This document shows, piece after piece, positions 39,482 through 48,791 of a stretch of 64,000 nucleotides of DNA (position 1 is its first letter; every line of letters begins with the position of its first letter). The translations under genes and the position numbers were made by a program. The DNA is from Alphaproteobacteria bacterium (GTDB lineage: Bacteria > Pseudomonadota > Alphaproteobacteria > SP197): assembly GCA_964291265.2 (NCBI GenBank), contig OZ219747.1, positions 2,048,001 through 2,112,000 on the forward strand, written 5' to 3'. The notes under the pieces were generated by a model. That model was given only the letters and a program-made list of their open reading frames with translations. It was not told the DNA's origin and did not search any database.

Positions 39482-41199
39482 TCGTCCCTGGTTTGACCGA
39501 AAGCGAAGTTCGGTGGCGGCATCGGCCCTGAACGCCGGTCACGGGACCGCTGCGCTGTCCGTGATCTCATCGGGTGCGTACTGCTGTCGTGGTCGCATGA
39601 CGTCGGATCTGCCGGCATGAAGCCACACCCTCCGTGCTCGTATCGTACTGATGAACCCCGCCGGCCGGGCCGAAGGGAAGCGATGGTGCCACTGTGCCCC
39701 CTTTCTTCCGGCTTATCAACATGGGGCGTGCGCCGGACAAGGCCTTCCCACGCTGGAATTCGCTTGATTTCACTTGACGTCAGGCGTTCGTATGTTGCAC
39801 GCGCGCGGACATTTCCCGCTGGCCATCCCGCTTGGGATGTGCGACGGTCCGGTCATGTCGATTCGCAAGCTCATGGAAGCTGTCCCGATCCATCAGGAAG
39901 CACCTGAGGGTTTTTCCCTGTCTGAGGTCGATGTTCGCCTGGCGAGGCCGGAGGAGCGTCCGCTGTGGGACGCGCTGATGAACAAGCACCACTATCTCGG
40001 CTTCCGTCGCCTGGCGGGTCGCGGTCTGCGCTACCTTGCGACCTTCAGGGGCCATTGGCTGGGGCTGGCGGCGTGGCAGAACGGCGCCTTCAAGTGCGCT
40101 CCCCGCGACCAGTGGACCGGCTGGAAGCCGGAGCAGCAGTTCCAGCGGCTCTCGATGGTAGCCAACAACACGCGGTTCTTGATCCTCTCCAAGCCCGGGG
40201 TGTTTGCGAACCTTGCTTCCTGTTTCCTTGCGTGCATGACGCGCCGGCTCTGTGACGATTGGCTGCAGGTGCACGGCCACGGGGTGCTGCTGGCGGAGAC
40301 GTTCTGCGATCCGGAGATCTTTGCCGGCACGATGTTGAAGGCTGCGGGCTGGACGTGTCTGGGTGAGACCAAGGGGTTTGCCCGCTCCAACGGGCGTTAC
40401 ACCGATCCTCACGGCAAGCCCAAGGATATCTACGTTACGGCACTGAGGCGCGATGCCCGGGCGCTGCTGTCGAGCCCGCTGCCGCTTCCCCCCGACGTGG
40501 CGCCGCCCTCATGCCCCGAACTGGCGCCCCGGGACCCCAAGGTGCTGCGCTCGCTCTACGCCGAGCTCGCGGCCATTCCCGACTTCCGCCGGGCGCAGGG
40601 AAGGAAGCATACCGCGGCATCGGTGCTCACCGTGCACGTGCTCGCCGAGTTCGCCAACATGAAGGGCTGTGTCGCCGCCGCGCAGTTCGCGCGGTCCCTG
40701 TCCCAGGAGGAGTTGGAGGCCATCGGCGCGTGGCTTAACCCGAAGACGGGGCTTCGCGAGCCCGTCTCCAAGTCCACCATCCACCGGGTTATCCAGTCGA
40801 TCGACCCCGAGGCTCTGGAGGATGTGCTCACCCGCTGGTCCCGGCCTCGGCTTCACCTCGCCCGTGCACTCGCCGCCGACGGCAAGCGCATCCGCGGCGC
40901 CAACCGCAACGGCGATGGCCGTCTGAGAGACCGTGGCCCTTGTCGACCATGAGACCGGCGCGCCCTTTTCCCTCCTGAACTTCAACGACGACGGCGGCGA
41001 ACTGGCGGCCATGCACGATCTCCTGGAGCGCAGCGACATCGGCGGCAAGGTGATCACACTCGACGCACTGCACACGACACGCCATACCGCAAAGCTGATC
41101 ACACAACGCGCGGATTACGTCTTCGTCGTCATGTTGATGGCTGCATAGAACGGCGGGATTTCGGCGATTTGCCGCGCTTTGTCAGGGTCGTGTTTCTTC

Positions 41200-41291
41200 C
41201 CTGTTGTCAGGTCCTATTGTCACGTCCTGTTGTCGTGGTTTGAGTGTTCGGCTGGTTGTCTCCCCGAGCGCCGCCGTCTTTTCCTATTGTC
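41200..41291 (+). repeat. CCTRTTGTC motif x4 (three at 13-bp period); inverted copy near right end
   Basis: Copies at 41200, 41213, 41226 and 41283; ACAATAGG at 46330-46337. Confidence 0.7.
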
Positions 41292-41612
41292 GTTTTGGTC
41301 CGGTTCGGGTTGTTCCGTCGGCCTCTGCTTCGGTCTTGGTGACGGTTGCCGGGAGGGTTCCGGTTCCGAGGCACTCGCGGGATTGTTTGTCTTCCCTGTG
41401 GGCGGGTCGCGTTGTCCGGTCCCGGGGCGGCGTCTTTGCCGCCGCCCCGGGTGGATGCTAGATCGGCATCAAGAGAAAGAGCGATGCGATGCCGGGCGGA
41501 GTTGTGACGCCCCCCGGCGCAGCACCCGGACGAGCCGGTCACGGGGGACCGAACTCCCGTGTATTGTCGAGCCATTTTGCGTCCGGGTCCACCCCCGCTC
41601 TCGAGACGGACG

Positions 41613-42089
41613 GTGTGCACGACAGGACGACTGTTCAACTGCAGGCGGTGTCAGCGGCAGGTTGTTCTCTGCCGGTCGTGTGACCGGGGGCATGTGTATT
41701 GCTCCAAGGAGTGCAGGGAGCGGTCCCGGATCGAGCGGCGCCGCGCGTCGCGTCGTCGCTACCAGAGCACGCTGAAGGGCCGTGAGACGGGCCGTCACCG
41801 CCAGCGGCGTTACCGGCTCCGCAAGGCGGAGGAGGCGCGTGCGTTGAAGGCCAGGGCGGCGATGGTTGCCGAGATCATGGACACGCAGACGTCTGCTGTG
41901 GTGCTGCTTGGCGACGTTCCGGCGGTGTCTGGAGACGCCGGTTCTGAAGAAATCGTTACGGACCACCCTTCCCGACTGCTGCCGACCTCCCTACCTGCGG
42001 TTGTGAAGGCGCAAGAGCGACGCGAATCGCCGCTTCGGTGCGCCAGATGCGGACGGGTCGTGACGCATGTGGTGCTGAGGGACCTGTGA
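41613..42089 (+). CDS. Cys-rich (Zn-finger-like), Arg-rich hypothetical protein upstream of istA
   Basis: CRRC...CRSCDRGHVYCSKEC, basic helix, C-terminal CARC; start uncertain (41559 or 41613). Confidence 0.65.
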   Translation: MCTTGRLFNCRRCQRQVVLCRSCDRGHVYCSKECRERSRIERRRASRRRYQSTLKGRETGRHRQRRYRLRKAEEARALKARAAMVAEIMDTQTSAVVLLGDVPAVSGDAGSEEIVTDHPSRLLPTSLPAVVKAQERRESPLRCARCGRVVTHVVLRDL

Positions 42090-42121
42090 TGCGGCGTTGA
42101 GGAACCAAAGGGAGGGAGTTC

Positions 42122-43615
42122 ATGGCGATCGACGAGGACACGCGGGCGACGATCGTGCGGCTGTCGCGGGCCGAGGGCTGGGCTGTGGGGACGATTGCCC
42201 GGCATCTCGGCGTGCACCACGGCACGGTGACGCGGGCGCTCAAGGCGTCGGGGCAGGAGCGGCGGCCGCGGGCCAAGCTCATCGACCCCTTCGTTGCCTT
42301 CCTCGGGGAGCGTCTTGAGGCGTCGCCGGACCTTCCGGCCAGCACGCTCTGGCGACAGGTCGTGGCTCTGGGCTACCGCGGCGGCGAGGATCACTTCCGT
42401 CACGACCTGCGCCGCCTCGGGCTGAGGCCGGTGAAGAGGCCCGAGCCGTCGCTGCGGCTGAGCTTCCTTCCGGGCGAGCAGGCGCAGGTTGACTGGGCCG
42501 AGTTCGGGAAGGTCCGCATCGGCCGGGCGGAGCGCAGGCTCATGGGGCTTCTCGTCACCCTCAGCTACTCGCGCCAGACTGTCCTGAGCCTGTTCCACGA
42601 CGCGCGGATGGCCAGCTTCCTGCAAGGCCATGTCGAGGCTTTCGCGGCATTCGGGGGTGTGCCGCGGAGGCTTCTGTACGACAACCTGAAGAGTGCCGTG
42701 GTGACGCGCCGCGGCAAGGCGGTCACCTATCATCCGATGCTGCTCGGCCTTGCGGCCCACTATGCCTTCGAACCGAGCGCCGCCTGGCCCAGGAGCCCGC
42801 AGGAGAAGGGCCGCGTGGAACGCCGTGTGCGCTTCGCGCGCACCGGGTTCTTCGCCGGGCGCGACATCACGGTCCCGCTCGGCGAGCTCAACGCCGCAGT
42901 TCGGGAGTGGTGCTTCGGCGCCGCCGCGGAGCGGCCCTGGCCGGACGACGACAGTCTCCTGGTGCGGGACGCCTTCGCCCGGGAGAGGGAGCACCTGATC
43001 GTCCTTCCCGTCGACCCCTTCCCGCATCACGAGGTCCGCCCGGTGCGCATCGACAAGACCTGCCACGCCCGCTTCGACACCAACGACTACAGCGTTCCGG
43101 GTAGCTTCTCCAAGGCCCTGCTGACGCTGGTCGCCGACCGCGACGAGGTCCGCATCCTCGACGGCGCCGACGAGGTCGCGCGCCACCGACGCTCCTACGA
43201 CAGGAAGCAGGCCGTCACCGATCCGGAGCATGCCAGGGCGATCGCCGCGGGCAAGCGGCGGGCCCGCTCCATGAGCGTCCGCGACCGGGTCCTGCGCACC
43301 GTGCCGCGGGCCGAGGAGATGCTGGCGCGCGCCGGGACCAACGGGCGCAACGTGGCCTCCTGCGCCCGGATGCTGGAGACGCTTCTCAACGCGCACGGCG
43401 CCGACGCTCTCGACCGGGCTGTCGCCACGGCGCTGGAGCGCGGCTCGTGCCACCCCGAAACCGTGCGCGTCATCATCGAGGAGCGCCGCCGGGAGCAGGG
43501 CCTGCCGCCCCTCAGCATCGCCGACGACGGCCGCGGCGGCCGTGGCACGACGCCGCGGGGGACCGCTCTCGACGCCTACGACAGGCCCGAAGCCAGCGCC
43601 AGGAACAAGACATGA
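42122..43615 (+). CDS. istA: IS21 family transposase IstA
   Basis: HTH N-terminus; DDE residues in QVDWA, YDNLKSAV, EKGRVER; GGAG SD. Confidence 0.93.
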   Translation: MAIDEDTRATIVRLSRAEGWAVGTIARHLGVHHGTVTRALKASGQERRPRAKLIDPFVAFLGERLEASPDLPASTLWRQVVALGYRGGEDHFRHDLRRLGLRPVKRPEPSLRLSFLPGEQAQVDWAEFGKVRIGRAERRLMGLLVTLSYSRQTVLSLFHDARMASFLQGHVEAFAAFGGVPRRLLYDNLKSAVVTRRGKAVTYHPMLLGLAAHYAFEPSAAWPRSPQEKGRVERRVRFARTGFFAGRDITVPLGELNAAVREWCFGAAAERPWPDDDSLLVRDAFAREREHLIVLPVDPFPHHEVRPVRIDKTCHARFDTNDYSVPGSFSKALLTLVADRDEVRILDGADEVARHRRSYDRKQAVTDPEHARAIAAGKRRARSMSVRDRVLRTVPRAEEMLARAGTNGRNVASCARMLETLLNAHGADALDRAVATALERGSCHPETVRVIIEERRREQGLPPLSIADDGRGGRGTTPRGTALDAYDRPEASARNKT

Positions 43616-44313
43616 GCGAGCTCAGGGAGCGTGCCCGGGCGCTCGGCCTCCACGGGCTCGTCGAACGCTGGGACGAGGTCGCCGGGACCGCATGGATCGA
43701 GGAGGTGGTCAGCGGCGAGGAACAGGCCCGCAGGGCCCGCAGCCACGAGCGCCGCCGCGCCGCGGCGCGGCTGCCCGCCTTCAAGCCCCTGGCGGACTTC
43801 GACTGGACATGGCCGCGCGACATCAGCCGGGCTCATGTCGAAGCGCTCCTCGGCCTCGGCTTCGTCGACCGTGCGGACAACGCCGTGCTCGTCGGCGGGC
43901 AGGGCACCGGAAAGACCATGATCGCCGCCAACGTGGCGCACCAGGCCCTGCTGCACGGCCACACCGTCCGCTTCGAGAAGGCGCCGGAACTGCTCGAGGC
44001 ACTCGCCGAGACCGTCTCGCGCAGCGAGCTGCGCCGCCGCCTCGCGATCCTCGCCAGGCCCCGCCTGCTCATCCTCGACGAAATCGGCTACGTGACCCTC
44101 GAAAGCCACCATGCCGACATCCTCTACGCCATCGTCTCGCGGCGCTATCAGCGCCGCTCGACCATGGTCACGACAAGCCTCGCCTTCGCCCAGTGGGACC
44201 GCGTCTTCCCCAGCGCCTCCGGCATCGCCGGCACCGTCGACCGGCTCATGCACGACGCAACCCTCATCTCCATCGACAGCGACTCCTGGCGGCTCAGGCG
44301 TGAAACCGGATAA
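43612..44313 (+). CDS. istB: IS21 family ATP-binding helper IstB
   Basis: ATGA overlap with istA; DFDWTW, GGQGTGKT, LILDEIGY, VDRLMH. Confidence 0.92.
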   Translation: MSELRERARALGLHGLVERWDEVAGTAWIEEVVSGEEQARRARSHERRRAAARLPAFKPLADFDWTWPRDISRAHVEALLGLGFVDRADNAVLVGGQGTGKTMIAANVAHQALLHGHTVRFEKAPELLEALAETVSRSELRRRLAILARPRLLILDEIGYVTLESHHADILYAIVSRRYQRRSTMVTTSLAFAQWDRVFPSASGIAGTVDRLMHDATLISIDSDSWRLRRETG

Positions 44314-45193
44314 ACCCCGCCGCGTCGACTTCGACGCCGTCAAGCGCATGCCGTTCGAACGCATCGCCGCCGACTGGGGATACGTCCGCGACGAACAGGC
44401 CTCGACACGCGCCAACCCCGTCCTGTGCGCACCCGGCCTGCCGAAGCTCGTCACGAAGTGCCTCAACAACGGACACTGGGTCTACTTCAACACCCAGAAC
44501 GATGAAGACAACGGAACCGTCATCGACTTCATGCTCAACCGCGGACTGGCCTTCGCCGACATCTGCACCCGCTTCGCAGCACCCGACGCCGCGCCACGCG
44601 ACTTCCGCAGCCTCTGGGCCGCGGCAACGCCCGATGCGGCCCCGGACTGGCTCACCGGGCGCGGCATCCTCCCAGAGACCCTCGACACCTGCCGCCCCCT
44701 GGTCCGCCGCGACCACAACGGACGCGTCCTCTTCGCCCATCGCAACAGGAAGCGAAAGCTCACCGGCTTCGAGATCGGTCCCCCCGACGGACCGAAACGC
44801 TTCGCCACCGGTGGAACCCGAAGCCTGTTCGCCGTCCGCGCCGGAACCGCCGCGGACCTCGAGGCCCTCGTCATCACCGAAAGCGCCGTCGACGCCCTCA
44901 GCCTGGCCCAGATCGACCAATGTCCCCCCAGCCACGCCTTCCTCTCCACCGCCGGGGCACCCTCGCGAAGACAGCACGAACAGATCAGCCTCGCCGCAAG
45001 CAGCCTGCCCAACGTCAGGACCATCGTCCTCGCCCAGGACCACGACGAGGCCGGAGAGCGACAGGCCGAAACCCTGCGCAAAAAGATGAAGCTCCCCTCC
45101 CACGTCTCGTTCCACAGACGCAGACCGCCGGAAAACGCCGACTGGAACGACGTCGTCAACGCCAGGACCAAAGAACCACAAGCGAGATCATGA
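44300..45193 (+). CDS. DUF3991/Toprim-domain primase-like protein
   Basis: GTG start overlapping istB; DNGTVIDF, LTGRGI, ITESAVDALS, AQDHDEAG (DxD), DWND. Confidence 0.75.
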   Translation: MKPDKPRRVDFDAVKRMPFERIAADWGYVRDEQASTRANPVLCAPGLPKLVTKCLNNGHWVYFNTQNDEDNGTVIDFMLNRGLAFADICTRFAAPDAAPRDFRSLWAAATPDAAPDWLTGRGILPETLDTCRPLVRRDHNGRVLFAHRNRKRKLTGFEIGPPDGPKRFATGGTRSLFAVRAGTAADLEALVITESAVDALSLAQIDQCPPSHAFLSTAGAPSRRQHEQISLAASSLPNVRTIVLAQDHDEAGERQAETLRKKMKLPSHVSFHRRRPPENADWNDVVNARTKEPQARS

Positions 45194-45510
45194 CCACGTC
45201 CGTCACAAGGAGACCACTCATGCCCCTCACGCCCGCCGAAAAGCAGCGGCGATACCGGGAACGGCGCAAGGCCGGCATCCCTCCCGTCCACACCCCAAAG
45301 CACCGTGACCGGCGCTCGCGACCGCAACGCTGGAACGACGCCGTGGCCGAACTGCGCTCCCTGCAGGACGAATGGCGTGACCACCTCGACAGCATCCCCG
45401 AAAGCCTCCGTGACACGCCTTACGGAGAACGCCTGCAGAGCGTCGCCGATGCCGACATCGAGGCCCTCGAGGACATCGAACCGCCACGCGGCTACGGAAG
45501 GGATACGTGA
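45190..45510 (+). CDS. Small hypothetical protein (basic N-terminus, acidic C-terminus)
   Basis: ATGA overlap with the Toprim gene; alternative ATG 45220 with AGGAG SD; TPAEKQRRYRERR...RSRPQRW...PPRGYGRD. Confidence 0.65.
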   Translation: MTTSVTRRPLMPLTPAEKQRRYRERRKAGIPPVHTPKHRDRRSRPQRWNDAVAELRSLQDEWRDHLDSIPESLRDTPYGERLQSVADADIEALEDIEPPRGYGRDT

Positions 45511-46104
45511 TCCCGCAAGACCCTTGAACGCGGTCACGCGTTACCATCCAGGAATGAGAACGTCTCACCCCGACGCGCCGCTCAGCCTCCCCGGGAAACT
45601 CCCGGGCCGTCCAAACGACACCGCATCACGAGACTGCCGCAGCCTCTGAGCCGCAGCGACGCCCGATCCGCCGCCGGGCTGGCTCACAGGTCGCAGCATC
45701 CGCCCGAAAACACTCAACGCCTGCCGCACCCTGCAGGACGAATGGCGTGACCGCCTCGACAGCATCCCCGAAAGCCTCCGTGACACGCCTTACGGAGAAC
45801 GCCTGCAGAGCGTCGCCGATGCCGACATCGAGGCCCTCGAGGACATCGAACCGCCACGCGGCTACGGAAGGGATACGTGATCCCGCAAGACCCTTGAACG
45901 CGGTCACGCGTTACCATCCAGGAATGAGAACGTCTCACCCCGACGCGCCTCTCAGCCTCCCCGGGAAACCCCCGGGCCGTCCAAACGACACCACATCACG
46001 AGACTGCCGCAGCCGCTGAGCCGCAGCAACGCCCGATCCGCCGCCGGACTGACTCACAGGTCGCAGCATCCGCCCGAAAACACTCGACGCCTGCCGCACC
46101 CTGC
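45361..46104 (+). repeat. Tandem duplication, 370-bp unit
   Basis: 45361 matches 45731 (CTGCAGGACGAATGGCGTGACC); 45721 matches 46091 (CTGCCGCACCCTGC); few mismatches. Confidence 0.9.
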
Positions 46105-46682
46105 GCCGCCGCAACCGCAACGCACGCAGCCTCTTCGCCCAGCGAACAGAAACCGTAAGCTCTCCAGCCTCGAGATCGTCCCGCCCGACGAACCACGACG
46201 AGGCCGGAGAACGCCAGAACAAGACCCCGCGCAAAAGCCTGAAGCTCCCCTCCCACATCACGTTCCACAAACGCCGACCGAAACGACATCGTCACAACGT
46301 CAACGTCAACGCAAGACCAATGGGATCCAACAATAGGCAGAAAACAAAGACCGGGCGGACCTTCGTCCAATGCCGCACGTTCTCCTGTCGTGGTCACCCA
46401 CTCACACGATCAGCGCCCAAAAGAGCGGTTCTCCGCCAATATCCCGCCGTTCTAAATCGCCGCCGACACGTCAAGGGCAACGCTCCGGAGACCTTCGCTA
46501 TCCTCGACAGCATCAATTGGCAAAAAGACGCCACCGGCCACTTCACGGAGCCGTTCGACAAGGCGCACGGTCGACTGGAGCAGCGTTCGATCAGCGTCCT
46601 CGTCCCGTTGGACGGTCTGATCAACTATCCGGGCGTCCGTCAGGTCGCCCGCATCACCCGCTATCGGGAGCCGTGGAAGAAA

Positions 46683-46850
46683 GGCTCCGGCGATGCCGGG
46701 AAGGAAGGCTCCGGCGATGCCGGGAAGGAAGGCCCCGGCGATGCCGGGAAGGAAGGCTCCGGCGATGCCGGGAAGGAAGGCTCCGGCGATGCCGGGAAGA
46801 AAGGCCCCGGCGATGCCGGGAAGAAAGGCTCCGGCGATGCCGGGAAGCAA
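46683..46850 (+). repeat. In-frame 24-bp VNTR x7 (G[S/P]GDAGK[E/K/Q])
   Basis: GGCTCCGGCGATGCCGGGAAGGAA units, contiguous, inside the ISAs1 transposase 3' segment. Confidence 0.95.
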
Positions 46851-47318
46851 GAAGAGAAGGATTACACGGAAACCGATTACATCATCACCTCTCTCGATAC
46901 GGGGGCCACGTCGCCGGAAGAGTTGCTGCGACTGAACCGCCGCCACTGGGCCGTGGAAAATCTGAACCATCGACAAAGGGATTGCGTCTTCGGCGAAGAC
47001 GCCTGCCTGACCCGCACCGACAACGGCCCGGCGAACCGGGCCAGCCTCAACAACATCGCGCTCGCGGTGATCTTCGCCAACCGCCGCGAGGCCGAAAGCC
47101 TCGCCGAAACCCGGCGCCGCCTACAACTGGACCGTCGCGAGGCCATCAACGCCCTGACCCGGCCCTGAGACGCCTTGAGCGTCCGGGGACCCCGGAACGC
47201 TGCTAGACCGAAGTTCCGGACGTTTTCCAGCTGGAAGTCGCGTCAAGTCGTTGATCTTGCGCGGTTTATCGGGTTTGACGGACTTCACAACGTACCCATG
47301 TACGGATGCATTTTGTGC

Positions 47319-47347
47319 TTGACACACGGCAGTGCCGTGCCTATGTA
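47319..47347 (+). promoter_or_regulatory. Putative sigma70 promoter of IS1634 transposase with palindromic spacer
   Basis: TTGACA-17 bp-TATGTA; the spacer contains CACGGCA-G-TGCCGTG. Confidence 0.5.
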
Positions 47348-48791
47348 CAGTAGCCATGTACATCGAAGCCGTCCCCAACCGCTCCTCGCCGCCCGCCATC
47401 CTGCTCCGCGAGTCCTATCGCGAAAACGGAAAGGTCAAGAAGCGCACCATCGCCAACCTCTCCAAGTAGTCCCCCACCCTCGTCGAGGGATTGCGCATCC
47501 TCCTCAAGGGAGGAACAGCAGTCCGACATCTCGACGATGCCTTCGACATCGTCCGCTCCCTTCCCCACGGGCATGTCGCCGCAGTGCTGGGAACCCTGAA
47601 GAAGCTGGGACTGGACAGGCTGATCGACCCGAAGCCCTCGGCACGGCGCGATCAGGTCCTGGCCATGATCGTGGCACGCATCCTCGAGCCCGCCTCGAAG
47701 CTGGCCACGGCCAGGGGGCTGGCCGAGGCCACGGCGGTCAGCACCCTGGGCGAGGTCCTCGATGCGGAGATGGACGAGGACGCCCTCTATGGCGCCATGG
47801 ACTGGCTCCTGGAGCGTCAGGAGAGGATCGAGCGGTCCCTGGCGAAGCGGCGCCTCGAAGAGGGCTGCCTGGTGCTCTATGACCTGACCTCGGTATGGAT
47901 GGAGGGGAGAGCGTGTCCCCTGGCAAGGAGGGGTCATTCCCGGGATGGCAAGAAGGGCAAGCTGCAGATCGAGTTCGGCCTTCTGTGCGATCGGGACGGC
48001 TGTCCAGTGTCGGTGGAAGTGTTCCCCGGCAACACGGCGGACCCCGGGACGGTGGCATCACAGATCACCACGCTGCAGGAGCGCTTCTCCCTGGCGAAGG
48101 TGGTGCTGGTGGGAGACCGGGGGATGCTGACCGAGGCGCGCATACGCGAGGAGGTGAAGCCTGCGGGCCTGGACTGGATCAGCGCCTTGAGGGGACCGGC
48201 CATCCGCGCCCTTGTGGAGGCCGGCGACGTCGAGATGTCGCTCTTCGACGAGAGGGACCTGGTGGAGATCACCAGCGATGCGTATCCCGGCGAACGCCTC
48301 ATGGTCTGCCGCAACCCCCTGCTGGCCGAGGACCGGGCCCGCAAGCGCCAGGAGCTGCTCGAGGCCACCGAGGCCCTGCTTGAACCGATCGCCGCAGCGA
48401 CACGGCGCGACAAGCGCCGTCTCAAGGGTGCCGACAAGATCGGGGAGCGGGTCGGCAAGGTCATCGGTAAATACAAGATGGCGAGTAACTACTCACCCCC
48501 TACTGATGACGGATCGTTTTTCCTGACGGGTTCGGATCCGGCATTGTCTCTTGCCGCCTTCACTTGCTCGCTTCCGATGATCGGATGTGCGTGTTCCGAC
48601 TGACAAGAAGCGGATCGATCTTCGTCTTCAGCTCCACGTTCCGGCCTTATATGGCCAGGTTTTGTCCCCGTGATGATGCAATCATCCACAGCGGTTGGCT
48701 GCCTTTCCAATCCTCTGGAGATATGCGCTTGACATTGTAGGAGGGGCACTCTACATGCAGGCCATCGGGGCGGTTTGCGTCGGAGATATTG

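Larger units (their letters stand above)
41132..46468 (+). mobile_element. IS21-family-derived 5.3-kb transposon with cargo genes
   Basis: TGT...ACA ends; shared TAGAACGGCGGGAT at the same offset in both IRs; 5-bp TSD CGTCA (41127-41131, 46469-46473). Confidence 0.9.
39854..47168 (+). pseudogene. DUF4338-fused ISAs1 transposase, frameshifted (~40926) and interrupted by the IS21-like element (segments 39854-41131 and 46474-47168)
   Basis: HHYLG...ANNTRFLIL...LAETFCDP (DUF4338); PDFRRAQGRKH, ADGKRIRG, ITLDALHT; removing the insert rejoins DYVFVV/KGN; RRHWAVEN.NH..RD.VFGED. Confidence 0.85.

Noticed and set aside
39854-40480. Druantia defence system
   Set aside because: DUF4338 here is fused to a transposase inside IS ends; no DruE helicase or other dru genes nearby.
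46683-46850. Possible CRISPR array
   Set aside because: The units are contiguous with no unique spacers, lie in frame within a transposase, and there are no cas genes.
47467-47469. Stop-codon recoding (TAG here, and a TGA near 52700, at likely Trp positions)
   Set aside because: Housekeeping genes end normally at TAG and TGA; single G-to-A changes in already disrupted IS genes are the simpler explanation.
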